The position numbers and the translations under genes are program-made. Under the pieces are notes generated by a model. It ran no database searches, was not told where the DNA came from, and saw nothing but the letters and a program-made list of their open reading frames with translations. Positions 35,994 through 50,123 of a DNA stretch of 64,000 bases are shown here, in pieces (within the stretch, counting starts at the first letter, position 1; every line of letters starts with the position of its first letter). The DNA comes from Octopus sinensis (Eukaryota), in contig NW_021832440.1 in the NCBI RefSeq assembly GCF_006345805.1, positions 124,001 through 188,000 of the forward strand, written 5' to 3'.

Positions 35994-38900
35994 TCAAATA
36001 CATTTAGATCCTGCTTTAAAGGATAACGGTAACAATGGTACATTTAAGAAAACGCACAAAAGCAAATTAAAAATATATATCGTCGTTAGCGTTCCTACCA
36101 AATCCAATACACACAAATAAAACCCAATATCCGTTATCCGCTCCTCTTGGGGCAGATGTGAAGACGACCTTATGAAAACATCATCGAATCCTTCGTCACT
36201 AGCTTCCGTTTCTGGGACAATAGACATCCAATCATCTTCCAAATTTGTATCTCCGCCTATAATCCTCCTCCTACACTCCATAATATCCTCGACCACCCCG
36301 CTCAACCTCTCGCCTGTCAACCTAAAAACATGACACTCCCATATAACGGAATTCAGGCATACCTCAGCACTAGAGTAGTGACGAAATCCACAGATACGGA
36401 GTAAATTGTACATCCCCTCTTCTATCTCACCACCCCTCAACCGTACATCTTGCATTACTGATCCAGACATTGCTTCCAAAATTTGATCTATCACTTCTGC
36501 TCGGCCTATCAGGAAATTGAATATAAAAACCACCACCGTGAGAATATATTTCTAAAATCCACTCAAATATACTATTTTCCCGCCAGGAAGACTTTAATTC
36601 AGCAGAGGACTGAATCAAATCCAACTTTATAAGTCGACTCACAATTTGACGGCGGGTTCTATCTTTACGTATCAAACGAGACATGATATCTTCCACCGGG
36701 GTTTCTAGGACTCAATAAACAAACCAAACTTGATACTCCTCTCAGCTCAGTAAACAAATGACAAAGTTCGTAGTCTTCCTCCTCATTCCATTTTTTTCCT
36801 TTTCGTGTCCCAGCAAGTTCATAAGTGTTGTTTCCATGAGTCAAATTATACGAATTCCGATGATTCTTCCAAAACAGCAACTCCACGGCAGCCAAAGCTC
36901 CCATTTCAGAAAAACGTTCAATAAAGATTTTAAAGAGCCCACCCAAAAAATCAATAATATCCTGTATAATAAGGTATAGTCAAACGGTAAATTGTTCCCC
37001 TTGTTTTTTTCTGAAACATTCAAAAACTTTTTGAAAAATTCTAAATACTCTCAATTGAAATAGTAATCCCGGGATATCATATTGTGTTACCACTTGCCTT
37101 AACAAATTAACAACAGCCAGGTTAGTATCTTGACTGTTATTCATAAATGTCTCCAACACAGTAACGCATACGACGAGTACACTTTGACATGACAGTCTAA
37201 ATTAGATAACCAAATACTTGTTAATTAAGTCACGAGCAGTCATTTCTTTTTCAATATACTCTACTTGAGAAGACGACGATTGGTCGCTTTCGTTGTGGGA
37301 ATCAATTTGTTCTTTTACGTGAGAACATGATGACTGGAGAGACTCGATAATAGAGTCTCCTTTGAAAACATTCTCCATCGGCCAGATCTCTCTAAGACAT
37401 TTTAAATATCAATTACTGGCAATGATGGAGAAACTTGACTCCCTTTTCTACATTTCCATCCAAAAGGAATTGTTTTATAGTATTACATGCTTTCGAACTG
37501 TTAAGATTAGTATATATTAAGAAATGACTAAATAATGTAACAACCCTATGAACTTATTACACTTAAACATGTCGATAATAATAAAATAAAATAGGTGTGA
37601 TAGATCAAAACTGAGAAATAAATACATTTGATCTTCTTCAGAAAGGTCAGATGTAGGATCGAATGCAGAAGTTCCATCATATGGAACTTTCTCAATCATT
37701 GAAACAACTGATTCCAGATTTTTCCAGTCAATTAAATTAGTTCTCTTTGGTTTATTCTTGCGTTTTATTCTCCGTTTGGTTTTTTGAGCGAAAAAATGAA
37801 CTTTGGGCTGTAAGTAAACCGCGAATAAAGAAAGATAAAGGTGGACAGTCTCAACCAGGTCACATATAAACGAGCGTGACATTCTAGACCGACTGTAGCC
37901 CTTAAACACAGATATCAACACATCGAATGTTTCAGAATTATAAAATAAATTCTCTAACATGCAAATAGCATATAACCTTGAAGGATGTTCATACTTTCCA
38001 CCAGTGATGTATCATTAGAAAAGTGCTGAATAATCATAAACAACTCCTTGTATAAACGAATGGCCAAATTAAGTCTAAGCGATCACCCACTGATGGCCTA
38101 ACCGATTAGATGACAGGCTAACAGTGAGTTTATCACGAAGACCCGTATTCCTAAAATTTTACTCATCCAGCTAACCTGGTTGTTTGGAGAGTTGTGGTTT
38201 GACCCATCTCATTCATATATTTTTCAATACTACCTCTGGTGATCCTGAATGAGTGAACTGTCAGTAAATCACTAAAAAGTGAGTGCTGACAGGTCATACC
38301 TAACATATCCAACTTCCAAATTCGTTAGACGAGCAAAAGAAATGAAAAACGAAATAAACCAGATCCAATATGTCTCCCTTTCATGACTCATCACTTCCCA
38401 TTGAGACTATATTGATATGGAATCGCCTTACTTTCACCATCCTCACAATTGGCGAAAAAGAATAAGTAAGGAAAGTGACGCAAAATTCTCTGAGTTGATT
38501 GTTGCCCAAAATGGATGGATTTGTGATGGAACAAACTTGTTTGGTTTTATTGAATGACAGTTGTTGCGTCCCGCGTGATATAATATTCGAGGGACCGCCT
38601 GAAGGAGGTACAGGAACGACAAATACTCCCCCAAAGCGTGGATGTCTATTAAATTATAATATACCTGGAACACCTCTTCGACGACCATTTTCCGGAAAGT
38701 GATTGTCTTTCCTTTTCTCTATCCGCCAATAAAGACGTCCTGTGATTATACAATTGGTTTCTCTGCGAAGGTAGTTCGGATGATAGCGAACAAGGTGTCT
38801 TCAAATAGACAAATTAGATAACATGTTGTTTGAGAAGTAGGGAAACTATTTCAATGATGTAGTGGGGAAATGATTCAAATTTTCTATCTTTTTTCCAATC

Positions 38901-39647
38901 AAACTGCCCCAGACATACAACTAGTTGTAGGAGCCCGCTTTCAGACATAACACTTGAATAAGCCAATAAACAATTACCAAATCAGCTTAGAATGGTCCTC
39001 TTCAAACGAGTTCTGTCAATAAATAAATGATTAATACATTTCGTTGACCAATCGAGTCATTTCCTATTAAAAGAGCATTTCTGATAAGAAAGAGCCAGCG
39101 TTCTATATTCTTTCTGTCATTTTGAGTACGATCAAGCCAATTCTTGTCAATCAAAGCCCCTAAAAACTGACCCGCAACACACCAAAGTTCAGTGTCAGTC
39201 AAGCTCTATGCGAGTAAAGCATTAATTATAATAAACTCGTTTATAGCCTTGAAGATACCACATCACCTCCAAATAATGTTGTCTCTCAATTCGATCCCTT
39301 GGTACTAGACCGTCGAAGCAATCGTGTGCAGGCTGGGTCAGATTTAGAATAAGCCTTTATGATTAGTTATGATTATTGCCTTAGAACGGTCTCAGTTAAC
39401 ACAGAATCATCAGTATATGTCTTTAAAATTGGAATTAAGTCGTTTGAAAGAACATTAGCCTTCCCTAGAAATTGACGAACATTGCAATCTCGCCCATCTT
39501 GATGCACAGCTTTTATTAGTTCTCGAACATTCTCTAATATTTTTTATTTTGATTTTTACCAAGGCAATACGGTTCTTTTATATATTTATTATTTTTAATG
39601 CATCCCAAAGAACTAATTATCGCTTCTATCTGAGATTCGTTTTCCAT
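35994..39647 (-). CDS. TIMELESS: TIMELESS replication fork protection factor (multi-exon; 3' end approximate)
   Basis: YIKEPYCLENVRELIK...VRQFLGKANVLSNDLIPIL; NLFYNSETF...RSFICDLVETVHLYL; AVELLFWKN; WNEEEDYELCHLF; RTRRQIVSRLIKLDL match TIMELESS motifs in order. Confidence 0.88.
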
Positions 39648-40059
39648 TATATATTCGTCACACAAAACAGTTCTACAGTATGCGCTAGTTTATTTAAATA
39701 TTTATAAACTTATTAGGAATTTACTCCCTATAAAGTTTAGCTGGAATGAACAACAAATTCCAAATTTAAAAGACGAAATATTCGTATATGTCAAAACAAA
39801 AAGTCAGCTTATTTTTTAGAGGATCTAGTTGCGATCCTCATTAGAAACTGTTTCGCGGTCTTTAGAACTGACGAATCTCATAATTGATTCTGAAAATGGG
39901 ACACTCACGATATTTAAACAATATTTTTATTTTCATTAATCATCTATGTTATAATGAATCAATTCATAGTTAAAAATCTGCAAGTTTTTATTAGACCATC
40001 GTTATAACAGTTATTATACATTACATTCCAACATTGTCAACGACCTCCTTCCTCACCAC

Positions 40060-41041
40060 ACTAACAGATTTCATAAATGAAGGACACAAAAAAAGAAATT
40101 GCAGGAGAAATCGATTGTATGCACTATCGACATTAAAAAAGCGTTTGACTCCGTCCCAAGGAAGATCCTAATTCAAAAGATATTTGGTACAAATATTTCT
40201 ACACCTATGAAGCTATGGATAGCGAATTTTTTGAGCGGACGTCGTGGGAAAGTGTGCGTCGGGAACGAGAGTTCAAGATCACGCTTATTGCCCAATGGTG
40301 TACCCCAGGGTTCCCCTTTATCCCCGACCCTCTTCAACTTGTTTCTGAATGATCTCCCGGTTCCTATGGATAATAATGACATACTACTCTCCTATGCCGA
40401 TGACATAGTTGTCGCATCTAGGGATGAAAATGTCGAATACGCGAAGGAAAGACTACAAATAATACTGGACGACTTATATGGATGGCTATATGAAAACAGA
40501 CTACATGCATGTTCCGAAGTCAGCAGTCACTCTATTCACGAAAAATAGGAAGATGGGGACGAAAATTATTGATGTCACGTTGAACGGAATTCCAATACCA
40601 CAAAAGAAAACACAGAAGATATTGGGAGTAACGCTTGATACTTTCCTCTGTTTTTCACCTCACGTAGAATCGATCGTATCAACATGTATAAAGAAGATCA
40701 ATTTTGTAAAAGCCTTCCTTTGGAACTGTGGGAGAACTTATCCGCCAGGGGTAGAGACCCTTTACAAGCAGTATATCGAGCCAACAATAAGCTATGCATG
40801 TGCTGCTTGGGGCTGTAACCTGGCAGCAACGAACCGGCTAAAAATCGAAAAAATTCAAGAAAGATCTATCAACCTACTGAAGGACCATACCGATAGGGAA
40901 ATTGTCCATAGAACACTGGAGTCTCTCGTAGAGGCAAATGAGGGGGGGATCGTGGAAATGGACCACAAACCATTCACCGTACATACAGAAAGTGTGTGGG
41001 GTCACGGTCGGAACATCGTGAAAAGATGGCTCGACTGTTGA
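40060..41041 (+). mobile_element. Jockey/I-group-like LINE RT fragment
   Basis: IDIKKAFDSVP...NGVPQGSPLSPTLFNLFLNDLP...SYADDIVV...KILGVTLD; frameshift near 40500. Confidence 0.85.
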
Positions 41042-42149
41042 GAAGTGTCGGAATCACCTGAACGTATTAGTTAATGGTTAAGACGGTGATTTTGTTTGGC
41101 TTAAATAATAATAATAACAGTTGTTAGACAAAAACTACTCATTTTTCAATTCTAACTCAATTCGTAATAAATTCGCATAAAAAGAAATATTTTACAGAAA
41201 TACATATTAAAAGCATTATGAACGACAAAGAATTGAATAACTTGATCATATAACAAACCTTAAACGCTAATGAAAAATACAACTTAAACGCCAATAAAAA
41301 TCAGAACACTGAAACGTTTAATGATCACGACCAATTTAGTTCGATAGTCAGATAGGCCAAGTTTTTCAAATTGACAAGCTTTAATTTTGCGGAATCTCTC
41401 TTTTGGTATTAATGGCCACTCAATTGAATACTTGACACCTTGGAACTCAGAATTAATTATACGAAACCTGCCTTACTGGGTAACAGATAATGCTTTGCTC
41501 AACCTGCTATCCCGTTCCAATTTCTTCGGCTTTCAAGGTAGAGAGATTCGTCCGTAAAGGAGTGTCACTTCCAGTACCAAAACTCACGATGCAGAACAAG
41601 ATCGAGGCCCAATCTCTAATAAGATCGGGAATGAAGATCGGTTTTAAGGAAATTTCATTCTGATGGTTTAAAAACTAAAAGACCAGTTCTCAGATGTCAG
41701 AAATTTGGACATAGTTTGAGATTTTGCAGAGAACAGGGGGGTTTTCTACCGTGTGGGGGCCCGACAGTCGAAACCAATGCAACTCCGCGCCTGAATGCCG
41801 TAGAACATATTTTAACTGCGGATCATCGGATCACTGGACGAATTACTGAGGTTGTCGGGAACCTCATTTTACTAAAAAGCCGACATTGTTTTAAAGAACG
41901 ACTATTTTTATCTTCCGCGTCTGTCAGTCTCTTTTGCGACAGGACCAGGATAGAACTGAACATTGGCAGTGACTATCTGCTGAGCTGGTCAGAGAGAAGG
42001 TGCGACTAGAAAGCAATAGAAAAAAGTGTTTTGAAACTGAGGACTCCTGAAATCTAAATATCAGAATAAAAAACCTTTAGAAATCAGATCGATGAGCTGA
42101 TTAAAGCTAACACAGATGGAAGCGAGAATGTTAAAAAAAAATTTTAATC

Positions 42150-42952
42150 CATTTTTTTTAAGAAAGACAACGAAAATCGTTAAGTCCCAGCGGCAAGGAC
42201 GCAGTGTGCGTTGCCCCGAACAATGGCCAGGTCGATGCGCTGGCGGAACCAGAGGCCCTCTCTCGTGTCCTTGAGCCTCCTCCCAATGGACTGCCCGACC
42301 TCGTTGAGGAACAAGTCAGTCTCCTTTCCCGCAGCTCCAGCGGTCTCCAGGGCGATTGCCGTAACACGATAGCGGTCCGCGAGCGAGGAATATTTTTGTA
42401 TTTTGGTCTTTTCGGCGTGGTTTGCAGCCGAACAAGGGTTTACGGCGGAAGAATGGATCCTCGATTTTGAAAAGGTATCCACAACGGTAACATCCCATAC
42501 GAAGGCCTTCCCCGACGAGTACGGGAATATTGTCATTCCGCCAGGCCTTTTGCCATCTCCCCGATCGAGTCCGACCGGTTCGAGGAGGCACGAATGGCCC
42601 GCCGATTCGAGACCGGCCTTCACGATTTCATTGAGGGCCTTGTGTCTGTGTTCCCTGCCTGCGCTCCTCTTGCAGGAAAGTGGGTGCAGTCCCTTTTCGT
42701 CGACGTCCTCACCGCATCTGCAGCGGTGTTTTGCACAAACATCCAGGCCGAGACGGTGAGCCACTCCGATGCGTATGGCAGCATCGTCTAGCCACGTCCC
42801 GATGCTGGAAAGAGGAAGAGCATTCAGCCAGCTGCCAGAGTGAGGGGCGGATGCCGCACGAAGGCATGCCAGGCGGTGTTGATCAAGGGTTGCCGAGAGC
42901 TCAGACACACGCGCTCGGCATGCGATAGAGTCTCAGGCACGTTGGGAGGAGA
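42150..42952 (-). mobile_element. 5'-truncated CRE-clade copy, same family as 53868-56980
   Basis: 242-aa ORF near-identical to the C-terminus of the 992-aa ORF; short 3' UTR and A8 tail. Confidence 0.93.
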
Positions 42953-43665
42953 CAACTGAACAAGAAAAATCCAAAATTCTGGAAACTGTACAAAATAATG
43001 AGCGGGACGGAAGCGAAGGGGAAAAATCATACTTAAATCGGTGGATTGAGCCTTTCTTCCTACTAAGAAAATCTTTGAGGTGTTCCGCCAGCAGCTAGCA
43101 GTGATTCTGGAAATGGACCCTTCATCAATTTTGCATTGGGAAATATTCTAGGAGTCGACTCAAAATTCAAGCTCAAAATATAGCTAAATTGTTTTAATAA
43201 ACCTATATTCTATTCTATATATTTTCCATGTAAAAAACGTTCACATCCTAGTAAAAATCTAAAAAGTAATCAGAATATTGTCTGATGATAATTTCCCTGG
43301 TTGTCTGTACATCAGTGGATAATCTCGAAACTAAATAACTTTAGTTTTTGAATTTTATATAACAATTTAATAGGGTACTAATATTAACTGGCAAGTATTC
43401 TACCTCTTCTCTTTACCGACTACAACTAACGAGTCTCTAGGACAGGGGTCGGCAGGATTTTTGTCTTCGCGGGCCAAAATTTTATTTTTGTATGCGATCC
43501 GGGCCAAACGAAAAAAAATCCTTATCGGTCACAAAAATAAGGCGACGCTTGTACATTGCGATCTTTTTTTATCAAGTTTTTTTTGCAACTTTCTTACGAA
43601 ATAAAAATTTATCAGTTAAAAATGATTATAAAGAAGTGAATTTATTTTACTCATTAATCTGACTA

Positions 43666-44212
43666 TACCATTTTCAGTTCAAGTTTGACATTTTTTATAC
43701 CAATTTTGAAAATGCGACGTTCAATTTTGACATTTTTTAGATCAATTTTAACAATGCAACATTCAATTTTGACAATACAATAAGCAATATTGACATTTTT
43801 TTACATTGGTTTTGACAATGCGATATTCAATTTTAACATTTTTAGATCAATTTTGACAATGTAAACTTTATCAAATTCACTTGCAAAATAAACTTTATCC
43901 AGGATATTTTACCAGTAGTCAAATTAATTAATCTTCAAACAAATAAAAAAACAAAAATATTAAACAGTAAAACATTAATAACAAGAACAAATGAAATAAA
44001 AATTAACAACCGTAAAGGGACGGCGAATCAGAAAATATAAAATAAATGAAGAATCGGCAAAAGTCAAAATTGATGCAAAAAGTGTCAAAATTGAATGTCG
44101 CATTGTCAAAGTTGAATATCGCATTGTCAAAATTGATGCAAAAAGTGTCAAAATTGGATGTCGCATTGGCAAAATTGGTGCAAAAAATGTCAAACTTGAA
44201 CTGAAAATGGTA
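43666..44212. mobile_element. TA-target MITE (Tc1/mariner type) with long TIRs and internal ~20-bp subrepeats
   Basis: TACCATTTTCAGTTCAAGTTTGACATTTTT inverted at both ends; TA at 43664-43665 and 44213-44214; removing it restores the Buster frame LATSQI. Confidence 0.8.
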
Positions 44213-44301
44213 TAGTTGCTAAACGTAATATATCGTTAAGATGTGAATCGGTAATCCTCGTTCTCAGACAATTTTTTACATTATTCATTTTAGAGAATAA
44301 C

Positions 44302-46155
44302 TAGGGCGATTTTTTTTTAACCTGAAAAATAAAAATTTTAACCTAAAAACTTTAACTTTATTAACTTAAAAACTAAAAAAATTAACCCAAAAATTTAACT
44401 TTATAAATAAACAATAAAAACACTAAAAATGTTTGTTGCACATACAAATTACATAATTTTCTAAATTTTCTTGTAGAAAATTTCGGTTGGATCTTAGAAA
44501 ACTCTTTATTAGGGAGAAAGTTCTTTCAACCGAGCACGAGGTCGGCTGACAATTCAGAAGTAATGCATACTCGGCAGGAGATATTTGTGAATTAGTCATT
44601 CTAATTATGTTCGAAATATCGTTTGTTTTAAGCCTTTTAATTATGTATTCTTTGATAAATTTGTTGTCATTCCCAAATTCCAACGATTCTAAACAATAAT
44701 ATGCCTGTTCAATTGTGAAGCGCGTACTTTCAAATTTCGTAATAATATCTGCAATAGCGACATTTACTCGAAAACCTGGAATGTTTAAATAGCTTCGGAT
44801 AAGGTCACATAGACTGCTCACTAATACATGGTTTCGAAGACTTTCTTTGGCTGTTCGAACTAGATATCCATCATTCGCGAATGATTCGAAAATATTTTGT
44901 ACTCCGATCAGATTTTCTGAATAGTAAGTAGCGGCCTTAAGCCAACTCCCCCATCTTGTCAAATGCACACGAGGTGGAATGGCGATGTTTCTGTCTTTAA
45001 ATATTCGTTTTCTTGTATTGTTCTTGTTAATTGCTGCTTGTACAGTAGCAATCATCAAATCAATTTCCGGATAGGAGGCTTTTATTTTCTCACAACAATT
45101 GTGTAATAGATGAACAGTACATATGACATGGAATAACTTGGGGTACTGATTTGTAAGTATTTTGCCAGCTAAAACTTAAACATGAAATTTTACCCGATTT
45201 CATATAATTTGCGGCATCCGAAATTAACAAAAGGAAATTTTCCCTTTGAACCAAATTATTCCGAAGTACATCGTCGACTATTTGAGCAATGATGTTCTTG
45301 TTAGGAGCAGATTCTACCGGCTTAAACGATATCAGATATGTTGTTTCAGGAGAATTTAACGATCCAATCATCACAGCAACGTATCTTTGGCCACGAATTT
45401 GTGTTTCATCCGCGATAGCAAAAACCTTTTGATCGCTACGAAATAAAGTAAATTTTTATACACAATTTTTTGTTGAATTATCAATTTTTGATCAATTGCG
45501 ATTTGATTGACACAGCATCTAGCCTTCGATGGTGAGGGTACTCGCACAGAACCTCCGTAAAACAATTCTCTAAGCCATGACATAGATAGTTTGTTTAGCG
45601 GAATATCGGATTTAATGAATGCTCTGGTTACTTGTAGAGCCCAATCATCATTTTTGGCATATTGGTCAATATTTGTTTGGTGTGATGTGGTCAGATAATC
45701 TACAAAAAATAATTTTTATTTCGAATAAACTCAATAAATTTTGATGTTTCTGTGAGGATCGATGAGAATTTACAAAATGCCTTTTTTCGCATTTAATATT
45801 ACACAAACAGAGACGACAATATAATACACCATCCTCAAGAATCATAAATTCTTGAGGATAATCCTTAACAATGGCTTTAGCTTTGATTTGATACGATTTT
45901 GCTATCTTAGGCATGTCAACCAAAAATTTTTGTTACAAAATGTATTATTAATTGTTAATTTAAAAAATTAATAAATTATATCAAAAAATATAAGGTTAAA
46001 ATAATTTTACCCTTATAATTTTAAATTTTAACTTTTTAACCTAATAATAATGTTTAATATGCATTTATTTATAATAAAATATAGTTAAAAAATCATTTAA
46101 ATTATTATTTATTTACTATTATTAAATTTTAACTTTTTTAACTTAGTTCGCCCTA
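44302..46155 (-). mobile_element. Nested hAT element (TAGGGCGA TIRs, TSD AGAATAAC) with CGGBP1-like transposase
   Basis: TSD at 44294-44301 and 46156-46163; ORFs with LYCRLC...HRSSQKH BED-like finger, LLISDAANYM, HLTRWGSW, CQPTSCSVERTFS; several frameshifts. Confidence 0.88.
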
Positions 46156-48090
46156 AGAATAACTGTTCACATAAAAATGTGCTTCCAAATATACAAGCCA
46201 TTTTCATAGCATTGTCGGTTAATTGCGGATATTTTCTGACACATACAAAATTTTTGTAGAAGCTCAAAATATTCATTTCAGAAAAATATTTTGATTTAAG
46301 TGTACTGTCGCATTGAATTTCAAGTAATTCCATTTGATAACACCCTGGTACTGTCTCAGTTTCAACATCAAATGGGAATGAAAAAATGTTGAAGATTTTT
46401 ATGAGGCTAAAAAATTATATATGCGCATTTTACTCTTAAATCCATAAAACGTGATGAAAATTCTGATCTCAATTCCATAACTATGTTTGCATATTCCGGA
46501 ACATCAGTCGGATTCGTAAAAAGAAAATTCACAAAGTGCGTCATGTTTCCTTTCTGTAACTGTAATTCCCACAACTTCAATTTATTTTCAAAAGCAGTGA
46601 TTTCGGCATACATTTGGTGTATAAATTTATTACTTTCCTGCAGTTTCAAATTTAAGTCATTTAGATGTGAAGTTATGTCTACAAAACATGCCAATTTGGA
46701 AATATTATCAGTATTTCGGAAATATGAAGCATCATAATTCTTTTCTTCAAGAAAAATTATAACATCTTCCCGTATATGAAAAAACCTTTTGAGCATTGAT
46801 CCTCTACTAAGCCATCTGACATTACAAAAATATAAAAGATCCCCATATTCTGCTTCAGTGTCGATTAAAAATTGCCTGAACTGCCGATGATTCAAGCCGC
46901 GGGATAAAACAAAATTTACTGCATTAACAACAGCATCCATTGTCTCACGTAACCTGACTGATTTGGAAATATTAATTGGGTTCACATTACAAGATAGTCT
47001 AGAAAACAAGAAAACGTCGGTTCCTGTCACTGTACCCATAATTGGAATAACTTTGACAAATTCTTCAAAAATTTGGTATGTTTCAGTTATCCCTCGAACA
47101 AATATGAAAAGTTGAGAAGTATCTCTTCTGTCAGTACTAGTATCCAATGCGATAGAAAAATATTTGAAATTCCCAAAAATGTTTTTTAAAGAGTTATTTA
47201 AATCGAATGACATTTCTTCTACTCTTCTTGTTACCGTTCTTGGAGATAAACAGATAGATTCAAAAATGTTTCTTTTTGTAGGAAATAGATTTTCAGCTAC
47301 TGCCATTAAGCATTCTTTTATAAATTCTCCGTCTGAAAATGGTTTCATTCGTTTCGCAATTATCTTTGAAATTTCGTAACTTGTACGTGTGATATCATCT
47401 TTTTCACAACTCAAAGTATTAAAAAAATGTTGTTTGCTTTTGGTAATTTTGTTCGAGTCTCTTAATTTCCTTTAAGCGAGATTCTCCTGTAAACTTGCTG
47501 AATTTTTCGTAATGTCGAGTTTCATAATGTCGCTTGATGTTATAAAGTTTTTTGACAGCAACTTTTTCGAAACATATTAAGCATATAGGTTTTCCATAAT
47601 CCTCAATAAAGAAATATTCATGAGTCCAATCTGGATTAAACGTACGGGTTTGAAGATCTTTAGTTCTTTTCGAACAATTCGGCATTCAAATTCACCACAC
47701 AAAATTATTAACACGTTTATAAATTTATTTAATTTTTAATAATAGATAAAATGTATGTATAAATCTATATTACTAAAAGTCTAGTACTTTACTAAATTTG
47801 CCCGCGGGCCATGTTAGTTGGAAAAATTTGTCGGCGGGCCAATTTCTCTTAGTATTGTAAAATTTGTTCGCGGGCCATTTTTAAATCTTCCTGGGCCTAA
47901 TTTGGCCCGCGGGCCGCGATTTGCCGACCCCTGCTCTAGGAGAAAGCGTTTTTCTGGTTTTCTATTTTTTGATCAAATTCCAAAAACCAAAGCTATCAAC
48001 ATAGTAAATTAAATTGATATTATTAAATGAAAAAATTGAACATAATCTAATTGATTGTAAACAATTATTTCCAAGGAAATATAAACTAAA

Positions 48091-50123
48091 ATGACTTGTA
48101 CAAATTGGACCAATCTAGACGTAGCACAAATCATTTCGGACCACAAAATAAACTTAAATTTTCATAGAAACAAAAGAATTTTTCATCCAAAAGCATTTCT
48201 TGGTACTGAAGAGCATTTTGTTTATGTTTCACAGATAAGATACCACAAAATGTAAATACAAAGTTTATTCCCGCAAATCAATCTTCAAATAATTTCGGTG
48301 GAGGTTTTAATTTGGGAAATACCCTGAATAAAAACAATACACCATTTTTCCCTTTACATTTGAGAACTACGCCTTATGAATATGGTCGCAAAGTAATTTA
48401 AATCTTCTAGGATACAAATCTGCCGAAGACTATAAATTAGTTATAGACATGCTCAAAACACAAAAAACGGAAAAAATGTTTCTGCCTCAGATTATAATTC
48501 CAAACATACCTTCACATTCTCGCTCAACTCAGACAATAAAAATCAAGGAACTTTCCAAGGCGTCAAGTATTTGAATACATTTTAAAGCATTAAGATGTGA
48601 TTGTAAACTCGACACCAAGTTGGGATACTCTAGATGACAAAAAAAGTTATTTATTAATTTTTACATAAAGTGCAATTTGCACAGGAAATGTGTCGTAGAA
48701 ATTCTTCTTCGGACTACGCCACTTGGCAACTGCAGGCAGCTCAGGCTGTTCGCGATTTGTTTGTTGAAAAAAAAGTTTTTTAGTTTAAATAAAATCAGAA
48801 TGAACCAACGAATATAATAGAAAAATCTCTATCGTCTAATTCAAAAAAGACAATTGATTCTGAGATTTATCCTCAGGAAAATAAATCTTTGTCAAAACCT
48901 TTTGAAAAAGCAGAAAACGTGAACCGGGAAATGTCTATTTACAAAACTCCGCAAACTTTTGATAAAAGTGTTTATGTCGAAGCCGAACATCCAAAACTTA
49001 TAAATACAGCGACTTCTACAGATCCAATAACGAGATTTACAGAAAGATCCAGTTCTCCGATTTTGGTATCCAACAAAAAAGATATAAGTTGTTCTACTGA
49101 TGTCGTTGTATCGTGCATTTTAGTGAATAGCTCAACATCACCAATCAATCCTTTTTCTTTAAACGACCAAACAACACAAACTGAAGATTTTACAGAGATT
49201 CAAAGCAAGAGTAGAGAATTGGAATTTACGAAACCGTTATTTGATTCTGAAAACACTTTTGTTAAAAGAGACGAGAAATTATTTATTAATTACAAAAAAG
49301 AGTCCAATTACGACCATCCTAATGCTTTGGATCAAAAAACTCGCGACAACATTCTTAGTGAAAAAATAGAAAATGATCAAATCGACAGTATTCATAGGTA
49401 TTTGAATAATTTTATATTCAAGCTACGACATTGAACCAGATATTGATTCCTTACTCAATTACATTGAGGTTGGAGATGATGCGACAGATCAAGTCCTTTT
49501 GAAATTAGATGAAGATTCTAAATTAAATCTTAAAAAACAACCTGCAACAAATAGTGCAACTATAAGGCAATGGATGCGGAATTCTTTTTACAAAAGGAAT
49601 CAAACGTATATAAATGACAGAAACCTGGCAATTAAACAAGAAAGAGCACCATTTTTCAACAAAAAAGTCATTAAAATAAAAGTTAAATTAGGATCCTATA
49701 AAACGATCGAACAATTTTAATGAAACAAAAGCAAAACAAAAAAGAAACTCCGATGCATACCGAATGGCTCTGTCATATGTTTGTTAATTTTTTATCAATT
49801 TAAGCTGACGGAAATTCAATGCAATAAAAAAGAATCAAATTTAATGGTTTCAAAATCGAAGAATAGTCAAACAAGCCGTCAACAATTACAAAAAATATAT
49901 GGCAACTAATATTTATATATATTACTAAGGGACATCACGTCTGTCTTCGATAAATAAAATGATCTCAAAGAATAAAACTCAAGTAAAAAATAAATTCAAA
50001 ATATTTTCCGATATAAATGAATGTGAAATGAAAATGAATACACAGGACGAAATATCTCTTGTCAGCACCAATGATATCAGTGAGATCATTGACTGGGCAG
50101 AAATTGACAGAATAATATCTTGA
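48091..50123 (+). CDS. Hypothetical multi-exon protein
   Basis: 181-aa S/T-rich exon (48889-49434) plus coding-like blocks with short introns; ends DWAEIDRIIS*; family not recognised. Confidence 0.35.

Larger units (their letters stand above)
43443..47933 (-). mobile_element. Buster/SPIN-type hAT transposon with disrupted transposase
   Basis: TIRs CAGGGGTCGGCA; 8-bp TSD CTCTAGGA at 43435-43442 and 47934-47941; GGCCCGCGGGCC subterminal motifs; transposase FNPDWTHEYFF...CLIC...KRHYETRH, SIALDTSTD, VRWLSRG, FGSTFLCEQLFS. Confidence 0.93.

Noticed and set aside
41300-42120. Moderately GC-rich stretch and a 97-aa ORF
   Set aside because: Probably a decayed LINE fragment, but no convincing motif was found in any frame.
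42940-43000. Inverted 3' UTR cap on other CRE copies (5' ends at about 42952, 5684, 26000, 62265) and on the R4-like element (51273)
   Set aside because: Checked by eye and not found, so the cap is present on only some insertions.
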